Shown here in pieces: positions 50,803 to 62,300 of a stretch of DNA of 64,000 nucleotides (its first letter is position 1; the number at the start of each line of letters is the position of its first letter). The notes beneath the pieces are model-generated. The model searched no databases. It saw only the letters and a program-made list of their open reading frames with translations, and had not been told where the DNA came from. A program made the position numbers and the translations under genes. Source of the stretch: Nemertoderma westbladi (taxonomy: Eukaryota > Animalia > Xenacoelomorpha); assembly GCA_032718475.1 (NCBI GenBank), contig JAUCBJ010002187.1:1-64000 (forward strand), written 5' to 3'.

Positions 50803-52700
50803 AACCTACCGACAGTATATACACTACGTCAACCTACCGACAGTGCACTACCTCAACCTACCGACAGTGCACTACCTCTAACCTACCGACAGTGCACTAC
50901 CTCAACCTACCGACAGTGCACTACCTCAACCTACCGACAGTGCACTACCTCAACCTACCGACAGTGCACTACCTCAACCTACCGACAGTGCACTACCTCA
51001 ACCTACCGACAGTGCACTACCTCAACCTACCGACAGTGCACTACCTCAACCTACCGACAGTGCACTACCTCTACCTACCGACAGTGCACTACCTCAACCT
51101 ACCGACAGTGCACTACCTCAACCTACCGACAGTGCACTACCTCAACCTACCGACAGTGCACTACCTCAACCTACCGACAGTGCACTACCTCAACCTACCG
51201 ACAGTGCACTACCTCAACCTACCGACAGTGCACTACCTCAACCTACCGACAGTGCACTACCTCAACCTACCGACAGTGCACTACCTCAACCTACCGACAG
51301 TGCACTACCTCAACCTACCGACAGTGCACTACCTCAACCTACCGACAGTGCACTACCTCAACCTACCGACAGTGCACTACCTCTACCTACCGACAGTGCA
51401 CTACCTCAACCTACCGACAGTGCACTACCTCAACCTACCGACAGTGCACTACCTCAACCTACCGACAGTGCACTACCTCAACCTACCGACAGTGCACTAC
51501 CTCAACCTACCGACAGTGCACTACCTCAACCTACCGACAGTGCACTACCTCAACCTACCGACAGTGCACTACCTCAACCTACCGACAGTGCACTACCTCA
51601 ACCTACCGACAGTGCACTACCTCAACCTACCGACAGTGCACTACCTCAACCTACCGACAGTGCACTACCTCAACCTACCGACAGTGCACTACCTCAACCT
51701 ACCGACAGTGCACTACCTCAACCTACCGACAGTGCACTACCTCAACCTACCGACAGTGCACTACCTCAACCTACCGACAGTGCACTACCTCAACCTACCG
51801 ACAGTGCACTACCTCAACCTACCGACAGTGCACTACCTCAACCTACCGACAGTGCACTACCTCAACCTACCGACAGTGCACTACCTCAACCTACCGACAG
51901 TGCACTACCTCAACCTACCGACAGTGCACTACCTCAACCTACCGACAGTGCACTACCTCAACCTACCGACAGTGCACTACCTCAACCTACCGACAGTGCA
52001 CTACCTCAACCTACCGACAGTGCACTACCTCAACCTACCGACAGTGCACTACCTCAACCTACCGACAGTGCACTACCTCAACCTACCGACAGTGCACTAC
52101 CTCAACCTACCGACAGTGCACTACCTCAACCTACCGACAGTGCACTACCTCAACCTACCGACAGTGCACTACCTCAACCTACCGACAGTGCACTACCTCA
52201 ACCTACCGACAGTGCACTACCTCAACCTACCGACAGTGCACTACCTCAACCTACCGACAGTGCACTACCTCAACCTACCGACAGTGCACTACCTCAACCT
52301 ACCGACAGTGCACTACCTCAACCTACCGACAGTGCACTACCTCTACCTACCGACAGTGCACTACCTCAACCTACCGACAGTGCACTACCTCAACCTACCG
52401 ACAGTGCACTACCTCAACCTACCGACAGTGCACTACCTCAACCTACCGACAGTGCACTACCTCTACCTACCGATAATGCACTACCTCAACCTACCGACAG
52501 TGCACTACCTCAACCTACCGACAGTGCACTACCTCAACCTACCGACAGTGCACTACCTCAACCTACCGACAGTGCACTACCTCAACCTACCGACAGTGCA
52601 CTACCTCAACCTACCGACAGTGCATTACCTCAACCTACCGACAGTGCACTACCTCAACCTACCGACAGTGCACTACCTCTACCTACCGACAGTGCACTAC
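50803..52700 (+). repeat. 24-bp minisatellite (CCTACCGACAGTGCACTACCTCAA), ~79 copies, derived from the TatD exon end and splice donor
   Basis: Near-perfect array; on the minus strand each unit contains the exon end GTAGTGCACTGTCG followed by the donor GTAGGT. Confidence 0.97.
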
Positions 52701-52846
52701 AACTGGTAAATGACGTTTGCGCGCGAGATCTAAGAGTTTGCGGAACACTCGCTTCTGGTCTGCAACGGGACTGAAATTCTTGTAGTAGTCCAACCCTATC
52801 TCTCCTATTGCCACGCAACGGGGGTGTTTACAAGCTTCGTCTATGG
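52687..52846 (-). CDS. TATDN2: TatD-family nuclease exon (GEIGLDY ... HCR)
   Basis: TTTTTCAG| acceptor, CG|GTAGGT donor. Reads AIDEACKHPRCVAIGEIGLDYYKNFSPVADQKRVFRKLLDLARKRHLPVVVHCR. Confidence 0.92.
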
Positions 52847-52989
52847 CTGAAAAATAATGATTATTATGATAAAATAAAATCAAATGCTTGTATGGTTACG
52901 AAAGTTTTATTTAATTATTAAGACACAACAAGCGGGTAAAAACCGTACCGGTAGGTAACAAAACACAATAATTGAAATCAAACAACTTA

Positions 52990-53840
52990 CCCTCCTCAGG
53001 AAAAATTTTCAAATTATTGTTTCTTTATTTCACCTAGAGCAGAATTTAATGAGGATTACAAATCTGAAAACCGCTTAGTGAGACCTCTTTCAGTTCTCGA
53101 GTTATCACTGTTTTTCCGTATGACGGTCTGTCCGTCAAATTGTAAGAAAGACAGAAGACCGACAGACACGACGACAGATAGACTAGATTCCACCGAAAAT
53201 TAAAACTGACATCGGAAATGAAATCAGCGATCCCGAAAACCCCGTAATGAACATTTTAGCTCGTTGGTGTGCATCCTTCGTGCCAGAAATAATTAACCAA
53301 CCAGAACACAGACAGCCAATTTTGGCGGGACGGTTTAAACTTTGAAGGGCATTTTCTCGGAATGATATTTTTCATTTTCAAATTACTACTCCTCCGTCAT
53401 TTTTCAACCAATTTTCTTCGTTTATGGCTCATTCGAACTAGCTTTGGAAGCTCTTTAAAAGTTATCTTATGAAATTTTGATAAATATTACCATTTTTTCT
53501 AATTAGCCATTTTTAATTAAAAATATGATAATTAATTAATTTAATTAATTAATTAAAATAAAATTGGCTAATTAAAAATTATATAAGATAACTTTTGTAG
53601 AGTCGATCACGCTGAGTCGTCCAAAAAAGTTGGTTTCAAGAAATTTGGACTAAAATTAGCAATTTTAGTGAAATCTTTAATTCCGCCACCAGCCTCTAGG
53701 GGAGGCTACAAATTTTCAAATTTTACTATAAAGGCTATTTGGCCTTCCATACAGTGGTTGACCATGACAAAATAGCAATATTATCATTTAACACTAATTG
53801 ACAGCCATTTCAAAAAAAAAGGTTACCCCCCCCCCCCCCC
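52990..53840. mobile_element. ~850-bp secondary insertion splitting the left PLE repeat
   Basis: The right arm has the uninterrupted site AACAACTTAACCGTTG (reverse complement). In the left arm the insert is flanked by TTA on both sides (52987-52989, 53841-53843). Family not identified. Confidence 0.7.
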
Positions 53841-55102
53841 TTAACCGTTGCATGCAAACTGCTGAACTGTGAGCACATCACAGACACCCTCGGGTTCGCC
53901 CAAAAGGAGGGCTTTATCAGGTTAACAAGGTACAGTAGCTAATTTGACACGGTCAAGAAGACAGAACAGTAGTGTGGATAAAAAAAAAAAGGGGGGGGGG
54001 GGGGGGGAGGGGTTCACGGAAATTCCTCACTGGGAAGCTCAGAGAGGTCAATGGCCTTCACCCCAACTTAAGATTCACTCTTGATTAGGAGGTGGATTGC
54101 CATTTGCCTTTCCTTGATATGCTAGTAAACCGAAGTGACCATGCAATCTCAACCGAGTGGTACAGGAAACCTACAGACACTGGGCTGGTTCTCAATGCCA
54201 CGTCTTGTGCCCCTGAGTCCTATAAACGTGGTGTAAATGGATCCCAGTTCAACTCTACAGTGGTTGTTGCGAAGAATATTCTCCGTGACAACCAGTATTC
54301 TGATGCGATGGTTCACCGCGAGCTGGCTGCTGCTGTACGGGACTCTAGGGAAAGTGTTGACATTGAGAGTGGTGTGGATGGTTTTAACGGTGCATCATTC
54401 ACTGATGAGGAAGTTGATGACCTTGATCAGCCAGCACCCACCGACACTTCCAGACTAATTGTCTGTAAGTTTGACTCTGTAAGAGTGATTGAGTTATTGG
54501 TCCGGATGTATTATTATTTTTATATTATTATATAATATTTAATTATATTATTATTCCAAGGTGTTGTTCACGTCCTGTGAGGTTTGTTTATACAACAACC
54601 AAATTAAAATAAGTCCTTCCTACCCTCTCTGAAACACGAGGTTCCTGACATTCTGGCTACTAACGTCGTTTATTCGTTTACTTGTCCCTCTTGTAAGGGG
54701 GAATATGTTGGACATACGATCCAGCACTTGTTTGAACGCGTTAGACAGCGCATCAGGACGGGTCTGTTACAGATGGTAGCACCCAGGGCAAGACTGTTCA
54801 CAATCATATCATGGAGCACCACGACGAGCCTAATACGCGCTGGCTTACTGACTGGCTTGAGTTGTTTCAGCATTTTCGTGTTCTGGCACGATATCCCCAG
54901 CGGGTTGTTTTACAGAAACTGGTGATGTTTTACATTCACACCCGCCGGCCTGTGATTAATAAGCAGAAGCGTGATTGGCGCAAGTTTGTGGTGCTGCTTC
55001 CCAGTGAGGAATTTCCGTGAACCCCCCTTTTTTTTATCCGCACTACTGTACTCGCATTTCTGTCTTCTTGGCCGTGTAAAATTAGCTACTGTACCTTATT
55101 AA

Positions 55103-55141
55103 CCTGATAAAGCCCTCCTTTTGGGCGAACCCGAGGCTGTC
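55103..55141 (+). ncRNA. Degenerate minimal hammerhead-ribozyme-like motif in the PLE terminal repeat (second copy on - strand at ~53883-53922)
   Basis: CTGATAA-A-GCCC-TCCTTTT-GGGC-GAAC-CCGAGG(C/G)TGTC. Compared with the core CUGAUGA-stemII-GAAA, it has two core deviations. PLE terminal repeats are known to carry minimal hammerheads. Confidence 0.4.
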
Positions 55142-55571
55142 TGTGATGTGCACACAGTTCAGCAGTTTGCATGCAACGGTTAAGTTGTTTGATTTCAATT
55201 ATTGTGTTTTGTTACCTACCGGTACGGTTTTTACCCGCCTGTTGTGACTTAATAATTAAATAAAACTATTGTTATGATATGAATAATTAATAGTGATCAT
55301 TTTTTGAATGATTTTGATTATCTGCTTTTTATCTGCTATGTTTGTAGTTGGAATTTAAGGTAGAGTTAATGTAATGATATTACTCTGTTAGAAGTCCATT
55401 CCTCAGTGGCAATTCGGATATCGTCTGTTTTATTTTATTTGCAGATAGTAAAATACAGTCTGCTTTGTAATTTCCATTTCACTATTTGATTAAATAGTCA
55501 ATAAATAATATAGATAAATATATAAATAGATAACTCAGTGCCCTATAACGGTAGTGATAAAATCGCCCTAC

Positions 55572-55724
55572 CTTTTAGAAACTCGTCGTTAAAGAACCTC
55601 GCGTTGTTGGGATGGCAACCGAAGGCACCCCAGACTGTACGTTGGGTCTCCAGGAACAACTGCCGCCATAGAGGGACCCGCTGGCCAATCAGGGCAATAG
55701 GACTACAGAATATTGATATACAAC
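55572..55724 (-). CDS. TATDN2: TatD-family nuclease exon (FGCHP motif)
   Basis: TTCCAG| acceptor, G|GTAGGG donor. Reads GCISIFCSP...VWGAFGCHPNNARFF, the TATDN2-like VWGAFGCHP motif. Confidence 0.9.
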
Positions 55725-56341
55725 CTGGAATACAGCCAATAAAATCCAACTACAGAAACTGGTTAACCAATCCAATGTATCCGTTACCATCTGGTGAACC
55801 AATGAAATGCAACGGAGTAAACTGTCGATGATCATTCAAAATAAAATATAATAATTTACATCATTGTGTGGAAATAGTACTTTTCGGCGTTCTATGACCC
55901 GAGTATATTTATCTACCGAGAGAGTTCAGTGCAGGAGGCTTTACATAAATAAACAAGGGTCTTTAACGCTGATAGCCTTTTCATACAATGCTGCGTAATT
56001 TTGTTTCATTATGTGAACATAGGGGTTCTGAATGCTTAATTAATTATTCACTCTAATATGTTTAGGAATATTGGTAAAATTTATATCAATTTAATTTATG
56101 TAATTAATACAGTTTTACATCAACTGTACGGCAAACAATCTAGCATTGGAAGTGTTCCGCGATTGTTTCTAAGTATTTGATTACTTTTGGAGTCCCTGGC
56201 CTTATAAGCAGCGCTGCAAAGTGGCACTTTGCAGTTTTTTTCGCGGTTAATGAATATGTTAGAGAGTTGATAAGTTGACCTAATGTAACAAATATATTTA
56301 AATAATAACTTAAAGTTAATAAACACGAATTGAACTCTCAC

Positions 56342-59300
56342 CTTCATAGTTATCAGGACACCCAACTAGTTGTAGGAATGCAGTAAAGGTTCCTTTATAT
56401 TTCTTCTTTCTATATAGTAGATCTATATGGCAGTGTGTGTCTATATATCGACGATTCTCACATTGTGACAGACTGTAATTAGATAGAAGACGTGAGGACG
56501 CTTTGATCATCTCTTCATTGTCATCTTGCAAGGTGCTACCAGAATCAAAGCTCCAATCAGCCTCCTCCCATTGTATAACAGCAGAAGGGGACCCGGTGGC
56601 ATCGGAAATTGCCACAGTGGAACCAGATGCGGACCCAGTGGCAGTGGGTACTGACACAATGGCACCAGAAACGGCTACAGTGGCACTGGATGCGGACACA
56701 GTGGCACGGGAAACTGCGACAGTCGCGCTGGACTCGGGCACAGTGGAACCCGAAGCGGACACGGTGCCCCCAGAAACCTGGAGAAATCGCATGAGACAAT
56801 TTGAAACGCTCTCTGAGGCACCGATCTGACCAGAAGCCTCCTTCATGTTGCCTTTGGATTTAGGAGCACCCGACGATGATGTTGATACATTATCACTACC
56901 TGTTTCTAGAATAGCTGTTACCGTTTCGATACCTGGTTCGAAATCCTCTGGTACTTGGAGCAATGTATGCCAACGTTCCAAAGATCTCTTATCCGATAGG
57001 AAGTTGGCGGTTTCTAACGCGTCCGATTTCTTGTCGCGGTGTTCTTCAGGAACAGCATTATGAGTGGAGGTAACAGCGGCAGGCTGCGGGTAATAACCAA
57101 CACTAGGTATACCAGAATGCGGATGAGGCACAGGAGTGACAGCAGGAATCGGGACACCATTCAATCCATGTGCTTGGCCTGATACAGCAGTAGTGTTGCT
57201 ACTCCCTGTGTCCCATCTGGAAACCCTCACGTTCTCCTCCCTTGGTAATTTTCCTTCGTACGCGAAATTAAAGTCCTGATGATACGTGGAGGTCTTATCT
57301 TGTTTAGTAAACCTATATGGCATACTTGAATACCCCGAATGAAAGTTAGAACTGCTATTTATTTCATCTTCACTTGATCGTATATATGAATCATTAGGAA
57401 AATCACCGTGGGAACTAGATGGTCTAACATGTCTCGGTGCTAACTGGGGTCTTTGATAATGAACCGCGTGTGCCAGTGAACCACGTGATGGTCTACTCGG
57501 TATATTGTAAGGCATTTGATCTGGTCTTGCATATGGTATCCGATTACAGTGATCTGGTCTAGGATGGGGATTCCGATGAGATGGATCCAGTTTAGGATGG
57601 GGAGTCCGATAAGGAAACGATGGTCGCGGGAATCTAATATCGAGGAGATTAGGAGGATTACACATCCTGGGATTAAACGTGCGTTGGGATCCCCTTAAGT
57701 TGGGAACATCATTTGGTGTATTTCGTCGATTTGCCAGAGTTGCTGGGTTAAATTGTTTTTTGCAGACATTGCAGTAACGTTCGGCAAACTTTGGTGTATA
57801 AGAACAGCAACAGTATGATGGACTGGAAAAGTGTGAAGGTTTAGGGTGGTCTTTGAATGGAGGATTAGCTATGCAACTTGAGTCTTGAAATGGTGGATTA
57901 ACTGGACGAGTAACTCCATAATTTGAATTATTACAAGGAGAAGCAAACGAAGGAGTTTGTAATAGACTACCTTTCCTAAGGACTTCTGCTACATGAGATT
58001 TAAGTGGTCTAGATTGCGAAGTAGTACAATAATGTATTGGATCCATTGCAAGTTCTCTATATGAGACAGGACAATATTGACTTGTACTTATATTAGTTGC
58101 AGTGTCGTTCGGTTCAGTGATAGTGGTCGTGGTGTATGGAGAATCGTTCCAAAATTGGAAGGAGCGGAGAACAGAATGATTGTCTGCACTGCTTGACATA
58201 CCGGAATATGATACATCTTGGGGCTTGTTCTCAATTTTATTCCTAGGGAGAGACTCTTGAGATAATGACTCTTTATCATATGGAGACTCTTGAGATAATG
58301 ACTCATTATTTACATTTACATGTAAAGTTGTATCACCTTGAATAAATTCCGCTTGTTTACTAAGTACTTCGAACGACTTTAAATCGGCATCATCCAAGTG
58401 GAGTTTTGTTATTGGATTTCCAACGAGTAGTGAAAGTCTCAGCTGATTCCACCTAATATCCAGAGGGTAACTTGCAACATCTTTCTTTATAGGGCAATTT
58501 ATAATATAGTCCTTAGCTTTCACGCATGGCGGTATTGGTATGTCGATATTACCTCGACGTATAAGATATACATGTTCGGCGTCTGTATGAGGCCCGGAAC
58601 ATTTAGAACAGATGTTATTATATGGGCAATCGACCTCTTTGTGACCCTTAAGACCACATTTGGTACAATTCCAGAAGGGCGAGGAAACGCCTGAATCAAT
58701 ATTTGAATGGTTGGAGGCTGGTGTTAGCACAGATGATGCAGAACTTTGCGACTGTTCCTTGTGTTGTGTGCACATGGTGAGGGGGTGGGCTCCAAAACAT
58801 ATTGAGCACACATGGAACTTGGGGCAATCCGAATTGAAACACTCAGTCTTATTGTTATATGAGTCACAAATATCTTCATTATTTAAATCGTGTATTTTAC
58901 GATAGGCCTGAAAATAAGGACACCACGAGGTTCTGTGCTCTTTGTCTCCACAGAGTAAACATCTACAAAGAGTAATACTGTGATCGCCATTGCAATAAAT
59001 ACACTGATGACTGCAACTGCACAATGAACTACTGCAACAGGTTTTGCCAATGCCATTATAATCAAAACAAGGTAATGTTGTAGGAGTAAACTTTATAAAC
59101 AAATCAGGACACATTGTTGTTTTATGAAACTCTGAACCACAGTATTGACAAGGACATGACTTAGCAGAATGAAAACCACTACAAATTGAACAGACATGGT
59201 GATAATTACAGGTAGTGTCAGTACACGAACCTTCCTTATCATTGTAATTAAGACATACTGAATGCAGTTTTAATATTGCTTTATTGTTTTCTTTAAAGTA

Positions 59301-62300
59301 TTTGCATTGATGGGATCTATGGTCATGACTAAAACAAACATTACATGGACACTCCCTCTTAGAATGATTTTCACCACAATAAAAGCAATTGTGCTTATTG
59401 CAACATGAGGCATTACTGCATATTATCGGATTCATATTAAATTTAATACAAATCTTCCCAATACTAGAAGATTTTGAACAATGTTTCTGGGAGTGGTTTC
59501 CATGACAACCTACACAGACATGCTTGTATAAACAATCTCTGAAGCTACAGCCCACAATATCATAATTAAACCGAAAACAAGGTTTAATAATTACGGTAGT
59601 CGGGGAATTGTCTACAAAATCTGTACAAGATATCTTGCCAATGAGTATTTCAGGATTTTTAACCATATCAGAAACAGGCGCATCCGGAATAATTTGTAAT
59701 TGTACACAATTTATCTCATTTGATGTAGATACCTGTGTTGATATCTTCCCAACTTTAGTTGTAGTGTCTGATTTATCATCCTTCGTCTCATGGGTGCATT
59801 GAGTCACTGGATGTAAACCTCCACATTTCACACAAACGTGAACATTAGGGCATCTAAGCTGAGTACAAGTCATCAAATTATATTCCAAACAGGCAACTTC
59901 ATTCTGCCCTTTCTTGGTACATTCAGTACGAGGATGGATGTCATGGCATGTAGTGCACTTATGGGTTAACCTGCATGGCTCTGTGCAAGAATATCCCAAA
60001 TTATAGTTTTTACAAAATTGGCATACGTTAACAGGGTGGTTTCCTGAACATCGCAGACATGCATGGAGATACGGGCATTTATCTTCTTGAGGGCAACTCG
60101 TAAATCCAAACTCAGTAACGCTATTATATTGAAAACATATGCTGGAAATGTAATCACAATATACAATAGGGAATTTCAACTTCAAATTATCACGGTTATT
60201 ACAATTACACGTATCCAAATGTAGACATGGACATGAAATTAGACCATGTTTACAGCCACACTTCAGACAGTTATGAAGCAAACAGCAGGTGGAGCCAATA
60301 GAACAACCATTCTTTTCTGTATTATACTTTACACAATAAATCGGCCATGGATCATTAGTGCATTTCGAAAAGGGATGTTGGTCCTTGCAGTAGAAACACT
60401 TATGACTATGTTTGCATGTGTCTTGTGTAAACTTGCATTCCAATACATTAAAATTGAAGCAAAATGGGCAACTATTAAGTGGATGATCAGATCGGCAATT
60501 TAAACATTTATGTGCAAATTCGCAAAGTTTATTGTCACACACTTCAAAGCCAAGTATTTGATTGTAAAAGCGACAGACATTTGGTGAACCTGCGGATATT
60601 GATGTACTAAGGATGGGCAGATTTATAGCAGGAGACATTCTCACCTTGGAAATGATTCGGCTATGAATTTTAACATCTTTCAACAATGGAGCATTATCTT
60701 TTAATTTCCAAATATCAGACCTGGCAAATGAATGGCCTAAGTCAGTTGTTGACTTTGTACTGCTACTCGAGAATGTTTCAGTTTTCTTTATATGAGTTCC
60801 CTCAAATTTGAGTTTAGATCTCCCTTTGCCAGAATTGCATTTCATTTTACCGATAAAATCAGGAGTGTTGGGTTGCTTTTTTCTCGGTTCTATATTCGAG
60901 TCGGTTATGGGAGTCTTATTTTCTCTTGACTCGTATAATTGCTCTACTTTAAGATCTATATGCTGTAAACCAGCTGACGAAACATTTATATCTTTATCAA
61001 CTTTCTCTCCAGCAACTACTACCTCTTGTTCAGGATGATATTCTGTCGCAGCTGTCATATCATTATCAATTGATTTCGATTTTGGAGGCCTATATAAAGG
61101 AATAATTACCTTTTTCCTTAAAATCTTCTTTGCTTTTGCATCTGGACCACAAGTTGAATTTATAGTGGTTGGACAAGGAATACTTGGAACTGTAGTAGTA
61201 GGATAACTACCTTCTATCTTGGTGCCTCTCTCAGTTGAAATACTTTGTATAACTAGTTCTTCTGAAGTAGCGCCATTTTCATTAGAAACTAATGGACATA
61301 TAGTTACTCGTCGTACAGGTTTGGTTGGGGTTGCTTGAGTTAGACTATCCTCTTCCACAGACCGTGGTATGTCAGTAAGCCATTGTCTTGTGTACTCACC
61401 CCTATCTACTCCAATGTCTTCTTGGCGGTCTTGTTTTGGAGCACAATCTGAACTTTTAGCACCTTCTGTTCGAAGTTGTTCAACATTCAACATATTGGCT
61501 GCCAGTGGGCAGGGATTTGAATTAATGCTGTCATGTGATACTGATTTCTGGATACAATCTAAGCTATCTGCAATAAGCTTCATTTCTATTGGTGACTTTA
61601 CAATGGTGTCAGTGTCATCATTCTTGTATTTACTGACATCGTAAGGCTTGCTCCTTTCTTTGATATGTCCAGATTTGGCTATATTCTTGCCGGTTGTCAT
61701 GTTTGATTTTGGACAATTCTTGGTAACTAATGGATTATTTTTTGAGAAATCTGATGAAGATGATCGTTCTCTGTGTTCTGCACTTTTACGTTCACTACGA
61801 AGACGGGCAATAACATCGGCATCACTATCATAGTTACCTTCATGTGGTGGTTTGAATTCTCCGGACTTAGAGAACCTTTTATACCTTGTTTCAGCATCGG
61901 ATGATAGTGAATCTGCATAGTCACTGAAATGTTTATTGTTTTCTTTTGAATTACTTGTCTTAGAAATCAAATCTTTATCCCTTTTTTCGTTGCTTCTATG
62001 TCTATCAAATGATTTTCTTATATCTTCTGTATTCTTGTGCGAATCGACTTGCCAGTTCCACTCATTCTTTTTACGGGAATCTACTTCTGTATGCCTATTG
62101 GACTTCTTGTTGTTATCAACTTCTCTATCCTTGTTATCAATCTTCTTGTGCGAATCGATTTCCCAATCCCAGAATTCTTCCTTTCGAGAATCGACTTCTC
62201 TAAAAGTCTTTTCGCGACTACCCATATCCCTATATCTGCCAGTCTGATGAGTATCAAGTATTTGATCGCTGCCACTTTCCCTGCGTCTATAATGTACCCT

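Larger units (their letters stand above)
52903..55267 (+). mobile_element. Penelope-like retroelement (PLE) relic, 5'-truncated, with inverted terminal repeat; antisense in a TatD intron
   Basis: RT thumb-like LPFLDMLV...TEWYRKPTDTGLVLN..SCAP.SYK (54092-54240). GIY-YIG N-terminus LKHEVPDILATNVVYSFTCPSCKGEYVGHTIQHLFER (from ~54630) and C-terminus LQKLVMFYIHTRRPVINKQ (~54910-54966), broken by stops and frameshifts. 54996-55267 is the reverse complement of 52903-52989 joined to 53841-54038. Confidence 0.85.

Noticed and set aside
50892-52709. 605-aa HYLNLPTV repeat ORF on + strand
   Set aside because: Antisense translation of the intronic 24-bp splice-junction repeat.
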